Source: a candidate division WOR-3 bacterium (GTDB taxonomy: Bacteria; Hydrothermota; Tepidihabitantia; Tepidihabitantales; Tepidihabitantaceae). Taken from it: a DNA stretch of 33,551 nt. The notes under the pieces were generated by a model. That model was not told the origin of the DNA. It did not search any database and worked only from the letters and a program-made list of their open reading frames with translations. The position numbers and the translations under genes were made by a program. The stretch is taken from the NCBI GenBank assembly GCA_965649225.1, contig CBFGJX010000013.1, positions 1 to 33,551 on the forward strand. Reading direction: 5' to 3'. This document shows positions 8,509 to 16,836 of the stretch, piece by piece (within the stretch, counting starts at the first letter, position 1; the number at the start of each line of letters is the position of its first letter).

Positions 8509-10618
8509 CCTGCACTTTCTCTTTCGCCCTCAGTCAATCGCGGTCATCGGCGCTTCGACCCGGGAGGGCAGTGTCGGCCGGGCACTCTTCGCCAATATCC
8601 TGATGAACGGCTACACCGGCGTGGTGTATCCGGTCAACATGAAGACCAAGAGCGTGCTGGGCGTGAAGTCCTATCCGTCAATCCTGCACATTCCGGACGA
8701 GATTGACCTGGCAATCCTGATTGTCCCGGCGCTGGCGGTCCCGGCGACGATTGCCGAATGCGGCCAGAAGGGAGTCAAGGCGGCGATTGTCATCAGCGCC
8801 GGGTTCAAGGAACTCGGACCCAACGGCGCCAAGCTGGAACGGAGCGTCCGCGACCGCGCCCGCCAGTACGGTATTGCCATGATCGGCCCGAACTGCTTCG
8901 GCATGATCAATACCGACCCGCTGGTCAGCCTGAACACCACCTTCGGCCGGGTGATGCCGCTGCACGGCAACATCGCGTTCATTTCGCAGTCCGGCGCGGT
9001 CGGTGTCAACGCACTGGAATACGCCGTATCCGAGGAAGTCGGACTGTCGAAATTCGTTTCCATCGGCAACAAGGCCGACATCAACGAAAACGACCTGTTG
9101 GCCTATCTGAAAGACGACGACGAGACCGATGTCATCTGTCTTTATCTCGAAGACCTTGTTGCTCCACGCGAGTTCATGCGCATCGCCCGCGAAATCACCT
9201 CCGACCCCAACCGTCCGAAGCCGATTCTGGCAATCAAGGCCGGCCGCACATCCGAAGGCGCCAAAGCCGCATCGTCCCACACCGGCGCCCTCGCCGGTTC
9301 GGATGAAGCCTACAACGCCTTCTTTGCCCAGTCACGCATCCTGCGGGTCGAGACAATCAACGAACTGTTCGCCAAGGCGGCAGCGCTGGCCTACCAGCCG
9401 GCGCCGGCCGGGCCACGGGTAGCGGTACTGACCAATGCCGGTGGCGTCGGCATCATGGCCACCGACGCCTGCATCAGCAACGGGCTGAAAATGGCCCAGC
9501 TCGCGCCGGAAACAGTTGAACGAATGCGTCCGCACCTGCCACCGACCGCCGCGGTCGGCAACCCGGTTGACGTCATCGGTGATGCGGACGAAAAACGCTA
9601 CCGGGCGGCACTGGAAGCGATTGCCGCCGACCCGAATGTCGATGGCCTGATTCCGATCTGGACTCCAACGCTGATGGCCGAATCCGTGGACATCGCCCGC
9701 GTGATTGCCGAAGTCGGCTCGGCGACAAACAAACCGGTGCTGGCCTGCATCCAGACCATGGGCGACAATACTGAAATCCGCCGCGCGCTGCTCAAGGACC
9801 GAATTCCCCACTACCAGTTCCCCGAAAACGCCGCCCGGGCCATGGCAGCGATGGCGCAGTTCGCCGCCTGGAGTCATCGGCCGATCGGCGAACCGCCGCG
9901 ATTCAACGACACCAGACCGGATGTGGTCCGGCAAATCATCAATGCCGCAAAACAGCGCCAGCCGGTATTCCTTTCCGAGCCGGAGGGACACGAGATTCTG
10001 CGCGCCTATGGGCTGCCGGTACCGGAATGTCGCCTGTGCACGACCGCCGATGATGCCACTGCCGCGGCACAGGCGATTGGTTACCCGGTCGTACTGAAAA
10101 TCGTCTCGCCTCAGATTCTGCACAAGACCGACTTCGCCGGCGTGCGCGTTGGAATCAGTGAACAAGCCCAACTACTGAAAGAGTACGACGACCTGCTCAC
10201 CGGCATCAAGGCCAGAAAGCCGGATGCCGACATCTGGGGAGTCCTGGTCCAGAAAATGGCACCGAAAGGCACCGAAACTATCATCGGTATGAAGCGTGAC
10301 CCGCAGTTTGGACCACTGGTGATGTTCGGACTGGGTGGCGTGCTGGTTGAAGTGCTCAAGGATGTCGTTTTCCGCCTCGCCCCGCTCAACGACATATCGG
10401 CCGAATCAATGATCAACGGCATCAAGGCTGCCCGTCTGCTCGGCCCGTTCCGCGGTCAACCGGCACGTGACACCGAAGCCATCAAGAACTGCCTGCTCCG
10501 GCTCTCCCAGCTCGTCACCGACTTCAGCGAGTTTGACGAAGTGGACATCAATCCGCTGCTGGTTTACGAAAGCGGCAAAGGGGCCCTGGTGCTGGATGCC
10601 CGCTTCCTGCTGGGCTGA
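8495..10618 (+). CDS. Acetate/acyl-CoA ligase (ADP-forming), fused alpha-beta
   Basis: SIAVIGAS, IGPNCFG, SQSGA, ASSHTGALAG (phospho-His motif), TNAGG, NPVD, and ATP-grasp HKTD...DPQFGP...DINPL. Confidence 0.9.
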   Translation: MSRSNLHFLFRPQSIAVIGASTREGSVGRALFANILMNGYTGVVYPVNMKTKSVLGVKSYPSILHIPDEIDLAILIVPALAVPATIAECGQKGVKAAIVISAGFKELGPNGAKLERSVRDRARQYGIAMIGPNCFGMINTDPLVSLNTTFGRVMPLHGNIAFISQSGAVGVNALEYAVSEEVGLSKFVSIGNKADINENDLLAYLKDDDETDVICLYLEDLVAPREFMRIAREITSDPNRPKPILAIKAGRTSEGAKAASSHTGALAGSDEAYNAFFAQSRILRVETINELFAKAAALAYQPAPAGPRVAVLTNAGGVGIMATDACISNGLKMAQLAPETVERMRPHLPPTAAVGNPVDVIGDADEKRYRAALEAIAADPNVDGLIPIWTPTLMAESVDIARVIAEVGSATNKPVLACIQTMGDNTEIRRALLKDRIPHYQFPENAARAMAAMAQFAAWSHRPIGEPPRFNDTRPDVVRQIINAAKQRQPVFLSEPEGHEILRAYGLPVPECRLCTTADDATAAAQAIGYPVVLKIVSPQILHKTDFAGVRVGISEQAQLLKEYDDLLTGIKARKPDADIWGVLVQKMAPKGTETIIGMKRDPQFGPLVMFGLGGVLVEVLKDVVFRLAPLNDISAESMINGIKAARLLGPFRGQPARDTEAIKNCLLRLSQLVTDFSEFDEVDINPLLVYESGKGALVLDARFLLG

Positions 10619-10772
10619 ACCGCCCTGCGGCGTCGGTCAGCAACAGCAAGGACGAAACCGGCAGGGCCCAAAGCCCTGCCGGTAACGTTTGACGACAGCA
10701 TTACACTGCGGTATCTGACTGCCGCCGTTGTTCAGCGACAACCCGTTGCCCCTCGGTCCAGCTTTTCGCTGA

Positions 10773-10845
10773 TGGAGGTGACCAGATTCGAACTGGCGAC
10801 CCCCTGCTTGCAAAGCAGGTGCTCTCCCGACTGAGCTACACCCCC
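10773..10845 (-). tRNA. tRNA-Ala(UGC)
   Basis: GGGGGTGTAGCTCAGTCGGGAGAGCACCTGCTTTGCAAGCAGGGGGTCGCCAGTTCGAATCTGGTCACCTCCA; G3:U70 pair; no encoded CCA. Confidence 0.97.
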
Positions 10846-10856
10846 GGCTGGGTGTG

Positions 10857-10884
10857 ATGATATTGCGCCGCCAACAGCTGTCAA
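10857..10884 (-). promoter_or_regulatory. Sigma-70-type promoter of tRNA-Ala(UGC)
   Basis: TTGACA-N16-TATCAT, 11 nt upstream of the tRNA. Confidence 0.7.
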
Positions 10885-10889
10885 ATGAG

Positions 10890-10917
10890 ACTGGCCGCAC
10901 CCTGCGGTGCGGCCAGT
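10890..10917 (-). terminator. Strong hairpin, probable 3' end of the upstream ncRNA
   Basis: 12-bp stem ACTGGCCGCACC/GGTGCGGCCAGT, 4-nt loop, followed by CTCATTT on the minus strand; a second 9-bp hairpin lies at 10930..10956. Confidence 0.5.
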
Positions 10918-11447
10918 TCCAGGTTGTGACAGTCAGCGGTAACCCGGCGCTGACTGCCGGTCAATGGCGGGGCCGACTTACCCTGTGAGCGGTTAAGAGT
11001 GCCAATTCTTCTAGTGAGGCGGCAGGCTCTTTGAGAGAAGTCCGACTCTTCAGGCATAAGCCAGCTCCAAATTCTGGTCTGCGGGGCAATCTCAGGGGGC
11101 CGGGCATTGGGCAAAACTCGGGCGGGCTTGAAGCCCGAGCAAGGAGGCTTGCGTGCTTGAGCGACCCCCTGCAGTCTGGGTCAGGCGGAAAGCCCTCGGT
11201 GTCGGCGCCGGCCGATCTCCGGCGCCGAGCCGCGAGCCGCTTCACACCGCTAACACGGGAGGGATACCCGCATCTTCCAACCCGCAATTGGCGACGAATA
11301 GGACGGAACGAACCCGACAGCAGCAGAAGGCAAGGCTCAGAGATGGGAGGAGACTTCCGGGCAACGGCAAGAGCGGTCATCTACTCCATCCTATTCGTCC
11401 GTGCGCTCCTTTGGACAGAGTCCACCCGCAGACCACCACACTCCAAT

Positions 11448-11459
11448 TTGTCAAAGAAC
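11448..11459 (-). promoter_or_regulatory. boxA-like antitermination element
   Basis: GTTCTTTGACAA (rrn boxA type, cf. TGCTCTTTAACAA), preceded by a hairpin and followed by GU-rich GAGTGTGGTGG. Confidence 0.6.
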
Positions 11460-11555
11460 TCGGTGGCGCCGGATCAGCCGCAGCACAATCGCGGTTACCG
11501 GTCGCCAGTCTCTTGTTCTTCTTCAGCCCTTCCGCGCAACACCGTCCATGGATAG

Positions 11556-11572
11556 AGCAAGCAGCGTGCCAG
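11556..11572 (-). promoter_or_regulatory. Sigma-54 (RpoN) -24/-12 promoter
   Basis: CTGGCACGCTGCTTGCT fully matches YTGGCACG-N4-TTGCW; predicted start site near 11545. Confidence 0.8.
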
Positions 11573-11610
11573 AGACAGAGTCGTGCCGCTCAATCGTGCA
11601 ATAGCCTCAG

Positions 11611-11623
11611 AAATAAGCAGTTA
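11611..11623. promoter_or_regulatory. IHF-like binding site upstream of the sigma-54 promoter
   Basis: AAATAAGCAGTTA resembles WATCAA-N4-TTR with 2 mismatches, at about -66 to -78. Confidence 0.4.
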
Positions 11624-11774
11624 CAGAACAGGGCCGGTTTCCCGCCGTCAGGTGCGACAATTCGGAGAACAAGACAGGCTACCGCTTTAACAATTTGCAC
11701 ATCAATGCCTTAGGCAGTGCGCACCGCTGCGGAAATGTTGCCGGCCCGGAGATTGTTGATGTCGGCGGGTAACC

Positions 11775-11802
11775 TTGACTCGGACTGACAACAAGTTATA
11801 AT
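11775..11802 (+). promoter_or_regulatory. Sigma-70-type promoter of the rimP operon (leaderless)
   Basis: TTGACT-N16-TATAAT, 8 nt before the rimP ATG; no SD. Confidence 0.75.
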
Positions 11803-11810
11803 CCGGCAAG

Positions 11811-12317
11811 ATGAGCGGTCATGTACCCGGGTGGCTGAAGGATGCCGCTGCCCGAGTGGCAGCCGCGGAAAAACTGAATGTCTGTTCGGTTGAGCTGAGT
11901 GGACGCATCCTGCGGGTGACGATTGAGTCGCCGCTGGGTACAACCACGCTCGACGATTGCGTGCGCTTTTCGCAGGCGCTGTCGGCCGAGCTGGACTATC
12001 GCGACGTCTTGCCCAGCAGGTACTTTCTCGAAGTATCCTCGCCGGGTATTGAACGTGAGCTGCTGCAACCAGGCGATTTTGTCCGCTCGCTGGGCTCACT
12101 GGTGCGAGTAAGCACTGCGGCCGGGGCTTTTGAGGGTCGGCTGGTCTGCGCTGACGATTCGGGCATTGCGGTTGAAGTCGCCAGTCGGGAAAGCTGCTGG
12201 CTGGAGCACGCTCAGGTGAAACGTGCACGCATCCGCGTCACCGACGCGGAACTGTTCGGCGGCCAGAAGAGCCGCAGACAATCTAGGAAAAGGAATAATG
12301 AACAAGGACATCGCTAA
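11811..12317 (+). CDS. rimP: Ribosome maturation factor RimP
   Basis: LRVTIE...TLDDCVRFS...YFLEVSSPGIEREL motif; lies upstream of nusA. Confidence 0.92.
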   Translation: MSGHVPGWLKDAAARVAAAEKLNVCSVELSGRILRVTIESPLGTTTLDDCVRFSQALSAELDYRDVLPSRYFLEVSSPGIERELLQPGDFVRSLGSLVRVSTAAGAFEGRLVCADDSGIAVEVASRESCWLEHAQVKRARIRVTDAELFGGQKSRRQSRKRNNEQGHR

Positions 12318-13665
12318 TCTGATCGTGCAGATTGCCCGGATCCGGAACGTTGACGTGACCTACGTCTGCGAGACGCTGCGTTCAAGCATTGTCGCCGGGC
12401 TGCGCCGGCGTTTTGGTGCCAACACCGAAGCCGACGCACAGATTAATCCCGAGACCGGCGAAATCCGCGTTTTCCTCGCCAAACGGGTCGTTGAACGGAT
12501 CAGCAATCCCGGCCAGGAAATCACTCTCAGCGATGCCCGGGTCATCTCACCCTCCGCCCAACCGGGCGATATTGTCCGGGTCGAGCTGCCGCTAGATGAA
12601 CTCGGCCGCATCACCATCCGCAAGGCTTCCGATGAACTGATGGTCAAGCTGCGCGAAGCCGAGCGCACCAAACTGTACGATGAATTTTCGCGCAAAAAGG
12701 GCGAGATTGTCACCGGCACAATCCAGAAGATTGACCGCGAACACATCGTCGTAAACCTCGGCCTGGTCGAAGCCATTCTGCCCAGCCGCGAGCAGCTCAA
12801 GGCCGACCATTACCGTCAGGGCCTGCCGATAAAGTCCTATGTTCACCGGGTTGACAAAACCGCCGCCGGGCCGCGGGTATTCCTGTCCCGGACTCACCCC
12901 GACTTTTTGCGCAAGCTGCTGGCTCGCGAAGTTCCGGAAATCCGCGACAACGTCGTGGAGATTAAGGGCATCGCCCGTTCACCCGGCTTCCGCTCCAAGG
13001 TTGCCGTTACATCGCACGACGAAAAAGTTGACCCGGTGGGCGCCTGTGTCGGCTTCCGCAAATCCCGTATCGACAACATCATCAAGGAACTGTCGGGCGA
13101 GAAAATTGACATTGTCCAGTGGAGCAAGGACCCGCAGGTCTTTATCGCCCGGTCGCTCGGCCCGGCCAAGGTTTCCGAAGTCATCCGCGAAGGTGAAACC
13201 TACACCGTCGTCGTTCCGGATGCCGAACTCTCGATTGCCATCGGCAAGAAAGGCCAGAATGTCTGGCTGGCAAGCCTGCTCACCGGCCTGAAAATCGAAG
13301 TTCTCAGAGAAAGCGATTATCGCAACCGTCAAATCATGGCGCGGGCCAGTGCCGTCACGATCAACAAGCTCGGGCTGGAAGAACCAATGGTCGCCGCCTT
13401 GACTGAAAACGGACTGCGCACGGCCTTCGACCTGCTCAACACTCAACCCGAAGACCTGATGCGGATGTTGAACATTCCTGCCGATGCAGTTGAACCACTC
13501 AAACAACGGGTGCGGGATGCCGTCTGGCTCCAGGGCAGCCCCCGCTTCGTCGAACCGCCGCGCCCGCCGGCAGCCACACCAGCGCCGACGGAGAAACCTG
13601 AACCCGCCGCTGTCACGGTACCGGAAGCCGCGGCTGGTACCGACGAGGCAAACCAGTCAGAATGA
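12298..13665 (+). CDS. nusA: Transcription termination/antitermination factor NusA
   Basis: S1 and KH domains (LSRTHP, EVPEI, RSKVAV, DPVGACVG, GEKIDI, AIGKKGQNV); ATG 12298 after AGGA; P/A/E-rich tail. Confidence 0.96.
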   Translation: MNKDIANLIVQIARIRNVDVTYVCETLRSSIVAGLRRRFGANTEADAQINPETGEIRVFLAKRVVERISNPGQEITLSDARVISPSAQPGDIVRVELPLDELGRITIRKASDELMVKLREAERTKLYDEFSRKKGEIVTGTIQKIDREHIVVNLGLVEAILPSREQLKADHYRQGLPIKSYVHRVDKTAAGPRVFLSRTHPDFLRKLLAREVPEIRDNVVEIKGIARSPGFRSKVAVTSHDEKVDPVGACVGFRKSRIDNIIKELSGEKIDIVQWSKDPQVFIARSLGPAKVSEVIREGETYTVVVPDAELSIAIGKKGQNVWLASLLTGLKIEVLRESDYRNRQIMARASAVTINKLGLEEPMVAALTENGLRTAFDLLNTQPEDLMRMLNIPADAVEPLKQRVRDAVWLQGSPRFVEPPRPPAATPAPTEKPEPAAVTVPEAAAGTDEANQSE

Positions 13666-15746
13666 ACCGAATGAAGGTCTTTGAGGCCGCCGGTCAGCTC
13701 GACCTGTCCAGCGATGCGCTGATTTCCATCCTGAAGGAGCTGAACTTCCCGCCCCGCGGCTATACCTCCTTTATCACTGAAGAGGAGTTTGAAGCGGTAA
13801 AGAGCCGGCTGCGGACCGAGAAGCATCAGTTCAAACAGACCGACCGCCTGCGCCGGGGACAGCCGAAGTCGGCACGCCCCCAGGCCGAAGCCATCCGCCA
13901 GCAGGTCCAGCGCAACGTTCGCCAGACGATGGCAAAACTGCAGGGCCGGCAGACCAAACAGCGCAACAAGCGCCAGCGCGAGTGCAACATTCCCGCCCAG
14001 CAGCAGGGCCCGGCAGCGACGAAAGTACGCCCCTACATGACTGTTGCCGAGCTTGCCCATGCCTTCGGCATTTCGGCCGGCGACGTCATCCGCAAATGCA
14101 TGGACATCGGGTTGATTGCCACGGTCAACCAGCGACTCGACCTCGACACCATCATGCTGATTGCTGACGAATGCGGCGTCAACGTCGAGCTGGCGGTCGA
14201 GGAAGAACAGAAGGTCGAACGCGGCGACATCCGGCCCCGCCCGCCAGTGGTCGTGGTGATGGGCCACGTCGACCACGGCAAGACTACCCTGCTGGACTAC
14301 ATCCGCAAGACAAAGGTGGCGGAAACCGAGTACGGCCGAATCACTCAACACACCGGCGCCTACATCGCCTACTACAACGACAAGCCGATCATTTTCCTCG
14401 ACACCCCCGGTCACGAATCCTTCACCGCGATGCGCGCCCGCGGGGCACAGGTCACCGACATCGCGGTTCTGGTTGTCGCCGCCGACGAGGGCATCATGCC
14501 CCGGACGCTGGAAGCACTTGACCACGCCCGTGCCGCCGGCGTGCCAATCATTGTGGCAATCACCAAATCCGACCTGCCCAATGCCAACCCCGACCGCGTG
14601 AAGGCCCAGCTCGCCCAGCACGGTCTGGCAGTGGAAGGCTATGGCGGCAGTACCCTTTGCGTTGAGACCTCAGCCCACACCGGCAGTGGCGTCGAAGCAC
14701 TGCTCGATGCAATCTTGGTCGTCGCTCTCGAACTTGACCTGAAGGCTCCTTATGGCGGTCCGGCAACCGGCGTCATCATCGAAGCCCGGGTCGACCGTGG
14801 TCGCGGCAACATCGCCACCGTACTGATTGAAGAAGGCACCCTGCGGCGCGGCGACCCGTTCGTTGCTGCCGAGTTCCACGGCCGCGTGCGCGACATGCTG
14901 GACGAAAACTTCCGTCCGGTGAAGGAAGCGACTCCGTCAATTCCGGTCCAGGTACTCGGCTTTGCCGGCCTGCCGCAGGCCGGTGACCGTTTTGACGTGA
15001 CGGTTGACGAACGTACCGCCCGGGAAATCGCCCAGCGCCGCTTTCTTGCCAAGCGTGACCGGATGCTGTCTGCCACCAAACCCCGCACGCTCTCGCTGGA
15101 ATCGATGCAGCAGGCAATTGCCGAAGGCCAGGTTCGTGAGCTGAAGGTTGTGCTGAAAGCCGATGTATCGGGCTCGGCCGAGGCGCTGAGAGAATCGCTG
15201 GAAGGGCTGTCGCTGGACGATGTCCGGGTGCGGGTCATCCACTCCGGCGTCGGGCCGATCAGTCAAAGCGATGTCCTGCTGGCACAGGCTTCCGAGGCCA
15301 TCGTCGTCGGCTTCCATGTCCGACCGCTCAGCGATGCCCGCGCCCTGGCGGACAAGGAAGGCATCGAAATCCGCACTTATCGGATTATCTACGCGGCGAT
15401 CGACGACATCCGGGCAGCGATGCTCGGTCTTCTGGAACCCGAGAAAAAAGAAGTAACTCTCGGCCGTGCCGAAGTCCGCCAAGTCTTCCGGATTCCCCGC
15501 CAAGGAACGGTCGCCGGCTGTTACGTACTGGACGGCACTGTCACCCGCGACGCCGAAGTCCGGGTCCTGCGCGGCGACCGCGAGATATTCACCGGCAAGA
15601 TTTCCTCGCTCAAGCGGTTCAAGGACGACGTCAAGGAAGTCAGCGCCGGTTACGAGTGCGGCATCGCCGTCGAGAACCTCAACGACATTGAGGTCAACGA
15701 CATCTTCGAGTTCTTCCGCATCGAGGAAGTAAAACGCACTGTCTGA
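13662..15746 (+). CDS. infB: Translation initiation factor IF-2
   Basis: [40 protein letters not shown]...ECG; ATGA overlap with nusA. Confidence 0.98.
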   Translation: MNRMKVFEAAGQLDLSSDALISILKELNFPPRGYTSFITEEEFEAVKSRLRTEKHQFKQTDRLRRGQPKSARPQAEAIRQQVQRNVRQTMAKLQGRQTKQRNKRQRECNIPAQQQGPAATKVRPYMTVAELAHAFGISAGDVIRKCMDIGLIATVNQRLDLDTIMLIADECGVNVELAVEEEQKVERGDIRPRPPVVVVMGHVDHGKTTLLDYIRKTKVAETEYGRITQHTGAYIAYYNDKPIIFLDTPGHESFTAMRARGAQVTDIAVLVVAADEGIMPRTLEALDHARAAGVPIIVAITKSDLPNANPDRVKAQLAQHGLAVEGYGGSTLCVETSAHTGSGVEALLDAILVVALELDLKAPYGGPATGVIIEARVDRGRGNIATVLIEEGTLRRGDPFVAAEFHGRVRDMLDENFRPVKEATPSIPVQVLGFAGLPQAGDRFDVTVDERTAREIAQRRFLAKRDRMLSATKPRTLSLESMQQAIAEGQVRELKVVLKADVSGSAEALRESLEGLSLDDVRVRVIHSGVGPISQSDVLLAQASEAIVVGFHVRPLSDARALADKEGIEIRTYRIIYAAIDDIRAAMLGLLEPEKKEVTLGRAEVRQVFRIPRQGTVAGCYVLDGTVTRDAEVRVLRGDREIFTGKISSLKRFKDDVKEVSAGYECGIAVENLNDIEVNDIFEFFRIEEVKRTV

Positions 15747-15763
15747 CGCACCACTGAACTGAC

Positions 15764-16048
15764 GTGCCGGTCGGATTGCTGGAGCTTGACTGCTATATCG
15801 CCGAAAGCAGTTCACTCAAAGACAAACGCCGGGTTCTTTCTTCGCTGATCGAACGGCTGCGGCGTGGGTTTAACGTCGCGGTCTGCGAAATCGACTATCA
15901 GGATCAGTGGCAGCGGTCCCGGCTGGCGGTGGTGTTTGTCAACACCGAGTGGCGAATGATCCAGAGCTCGATGTCCAAGCTGCTCGAATACGTTGAGCGT
16001 GACCGAAGGTTGAGCGTGCTGACGTCCGAGTCGCAGCAGCTCGACTAA
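15764..16048 (+). CDS. DUF503 (YlxP-like) protein
   Basis: SSLKDKRRVL...FNVAVCEIDYQDQWQR motif; usual position after infB. Confidence 0.88.
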   Translation: MPVGLLELDCYIAESSSLKDKRRVLSSLIERLRRGFNVAVCEIDYQDQWQRSRLAVVFVNTEWRMIQSSMSKLLEYVERDRRLSVLTSESQQLD

Positions 16049-16836
16049 CGCACCAGCGCCAGCGCCGCCAGCCCGGCCAGCCAGCAATAGAACCCGAACA
16101 AATAAAGTCGCTGTCCGGTTACCGCCCGCCGCAACAGCCACAGCGCCAGCATCCCGCTCGCCATCGCCGCCGCCGCCCCGGCGACAACAGCGAACAGACC
16201 AGCCCGGCACCGGACCAGATTGTCCAGCTCGAGCAGGATGCCACCCAGCACTGCCGGCAGCGAAAGCAGAAACGAAAACTCAAATGCATCGCGCCGGTCA
16301 AGCCCGCAGTAAATACCGGTCGCGACCGTCACCCCGGAACGGGATATGCCCGGCAGCACTGCCGCTGCCTGAGCAAGACCAATGACCAGCGCCCGCCGCC
16401 AGTCCAGCGGCTGACCCCGCTCAACCGCCCAGCGGGTGCCGTAGAGCACAAGACCGGTTGCCAGCAGGCAGACACCGACCAGCATCGGACTGGCAAAGGC
16501 GCTTTCAACCGCGTCGGCAAGACCGATTCCGACAACTGCGGCCGGCAACGATGCCAGAGCAATCAGCAGAATCGTCTTCATCGCCGCTCCCCGTCGCCTG
16601 CTGTCCCGAGCGACAGCTCCGGCTGCCAGCGCTGCCAGCCGCTGACGGAAGAATGCAATCGTCGCCAGTGCCGTGCCCGTATGCAGAGCAACGGTCAACG
16701 GCAACCGGACGACTGCGGCTGTCTTCCAGAGATGCTGCAGCAGAACGAGATGGCCGGAACTGGACACCGGCAGGAACTCGGTTGCACCCTGCACAACGCC
16801 GAGCACCACCGACTCAAGAGTTGACATGGCTGTCAC
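16045..16836 (-). CDS. uppP: Undecaprenyl-diphosphate phosphatase (BacA)
   Basis: GVVQGATEFLPVSSSGHL, PGISRSG and FSFLLSLPA motifs; alternative start ATG 16827. Confidence 0.95.
   Translation of the reverse strand: MTAMSTLESVVLGVVQGATEFLPVSSSGHLVLLQHLWKTAAVVRLPLTVALHTGTALATIAFFRQRLAALAAGAVARDSRRRGAAMKTILLIALASLPAAVVGIGLADAVESAFASPMLVGVCLLATGLVLYGTRWAVERGQPLDWRRALVIGLAQAAAVLPGISRSGVTVATGIYCGLDRRDAFEFSFLLSLPAVLGGILLELDNLVRCRAGLFAVVAGAAAAMASGMLALWLLRRAVTGQRLYLFGFYCWLAGLAALALVR

Larger units (their letters stand above)
10885..11545 (-). ncRNA. Putative large structured non-coding RNA of unrecognised family (sigma-54 driven)
   Basis: Nested helices 11425..11435/11075..11085, 11384..11399/11293..11308, 11202..11211/11219..11228, 11162..11171/11093..11102 and 11051..11065/10972..10985. 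Non-Watson-Crick positions are G-U on the minus strand. Flanked by a sigma-54 promoter, boxA and a terminal hairpin; no credible ORF. Confidence 0.65.

Noticed and set aside
10978..11005. CIRCE element (GAGTGCCAA)
   Set aside because: Only one half-site is present, and no chaperone gene is adjacent.
11030..11075. RNase P-like fragments (GAGAGAAGTCCG on plus; CAGAA...CTGGCTTAT on minus)
   Set aside because: The two P4-like halves are adjacent and on opposite strands, which is incompatible with rnpB.
10961..11380. 139-aa minus-strand ORF with GGAG just before its ATG
   Set aside because: Arg/Pro/Ser-rich with no recognisable domain and without the GC3 bias of neighbouring genes; its SD lies inside a 16-bp helix. 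A dual-function RNA is not fully excluded.
10885..11545. tmRNA, SRP, 6S RNA or 16S remnant
   Set aside because: No tRNA-like ends or tag ORF, no SRP helix-8 motif, multibranched rather than a single 6S rod, and no conserved 16S blocks.
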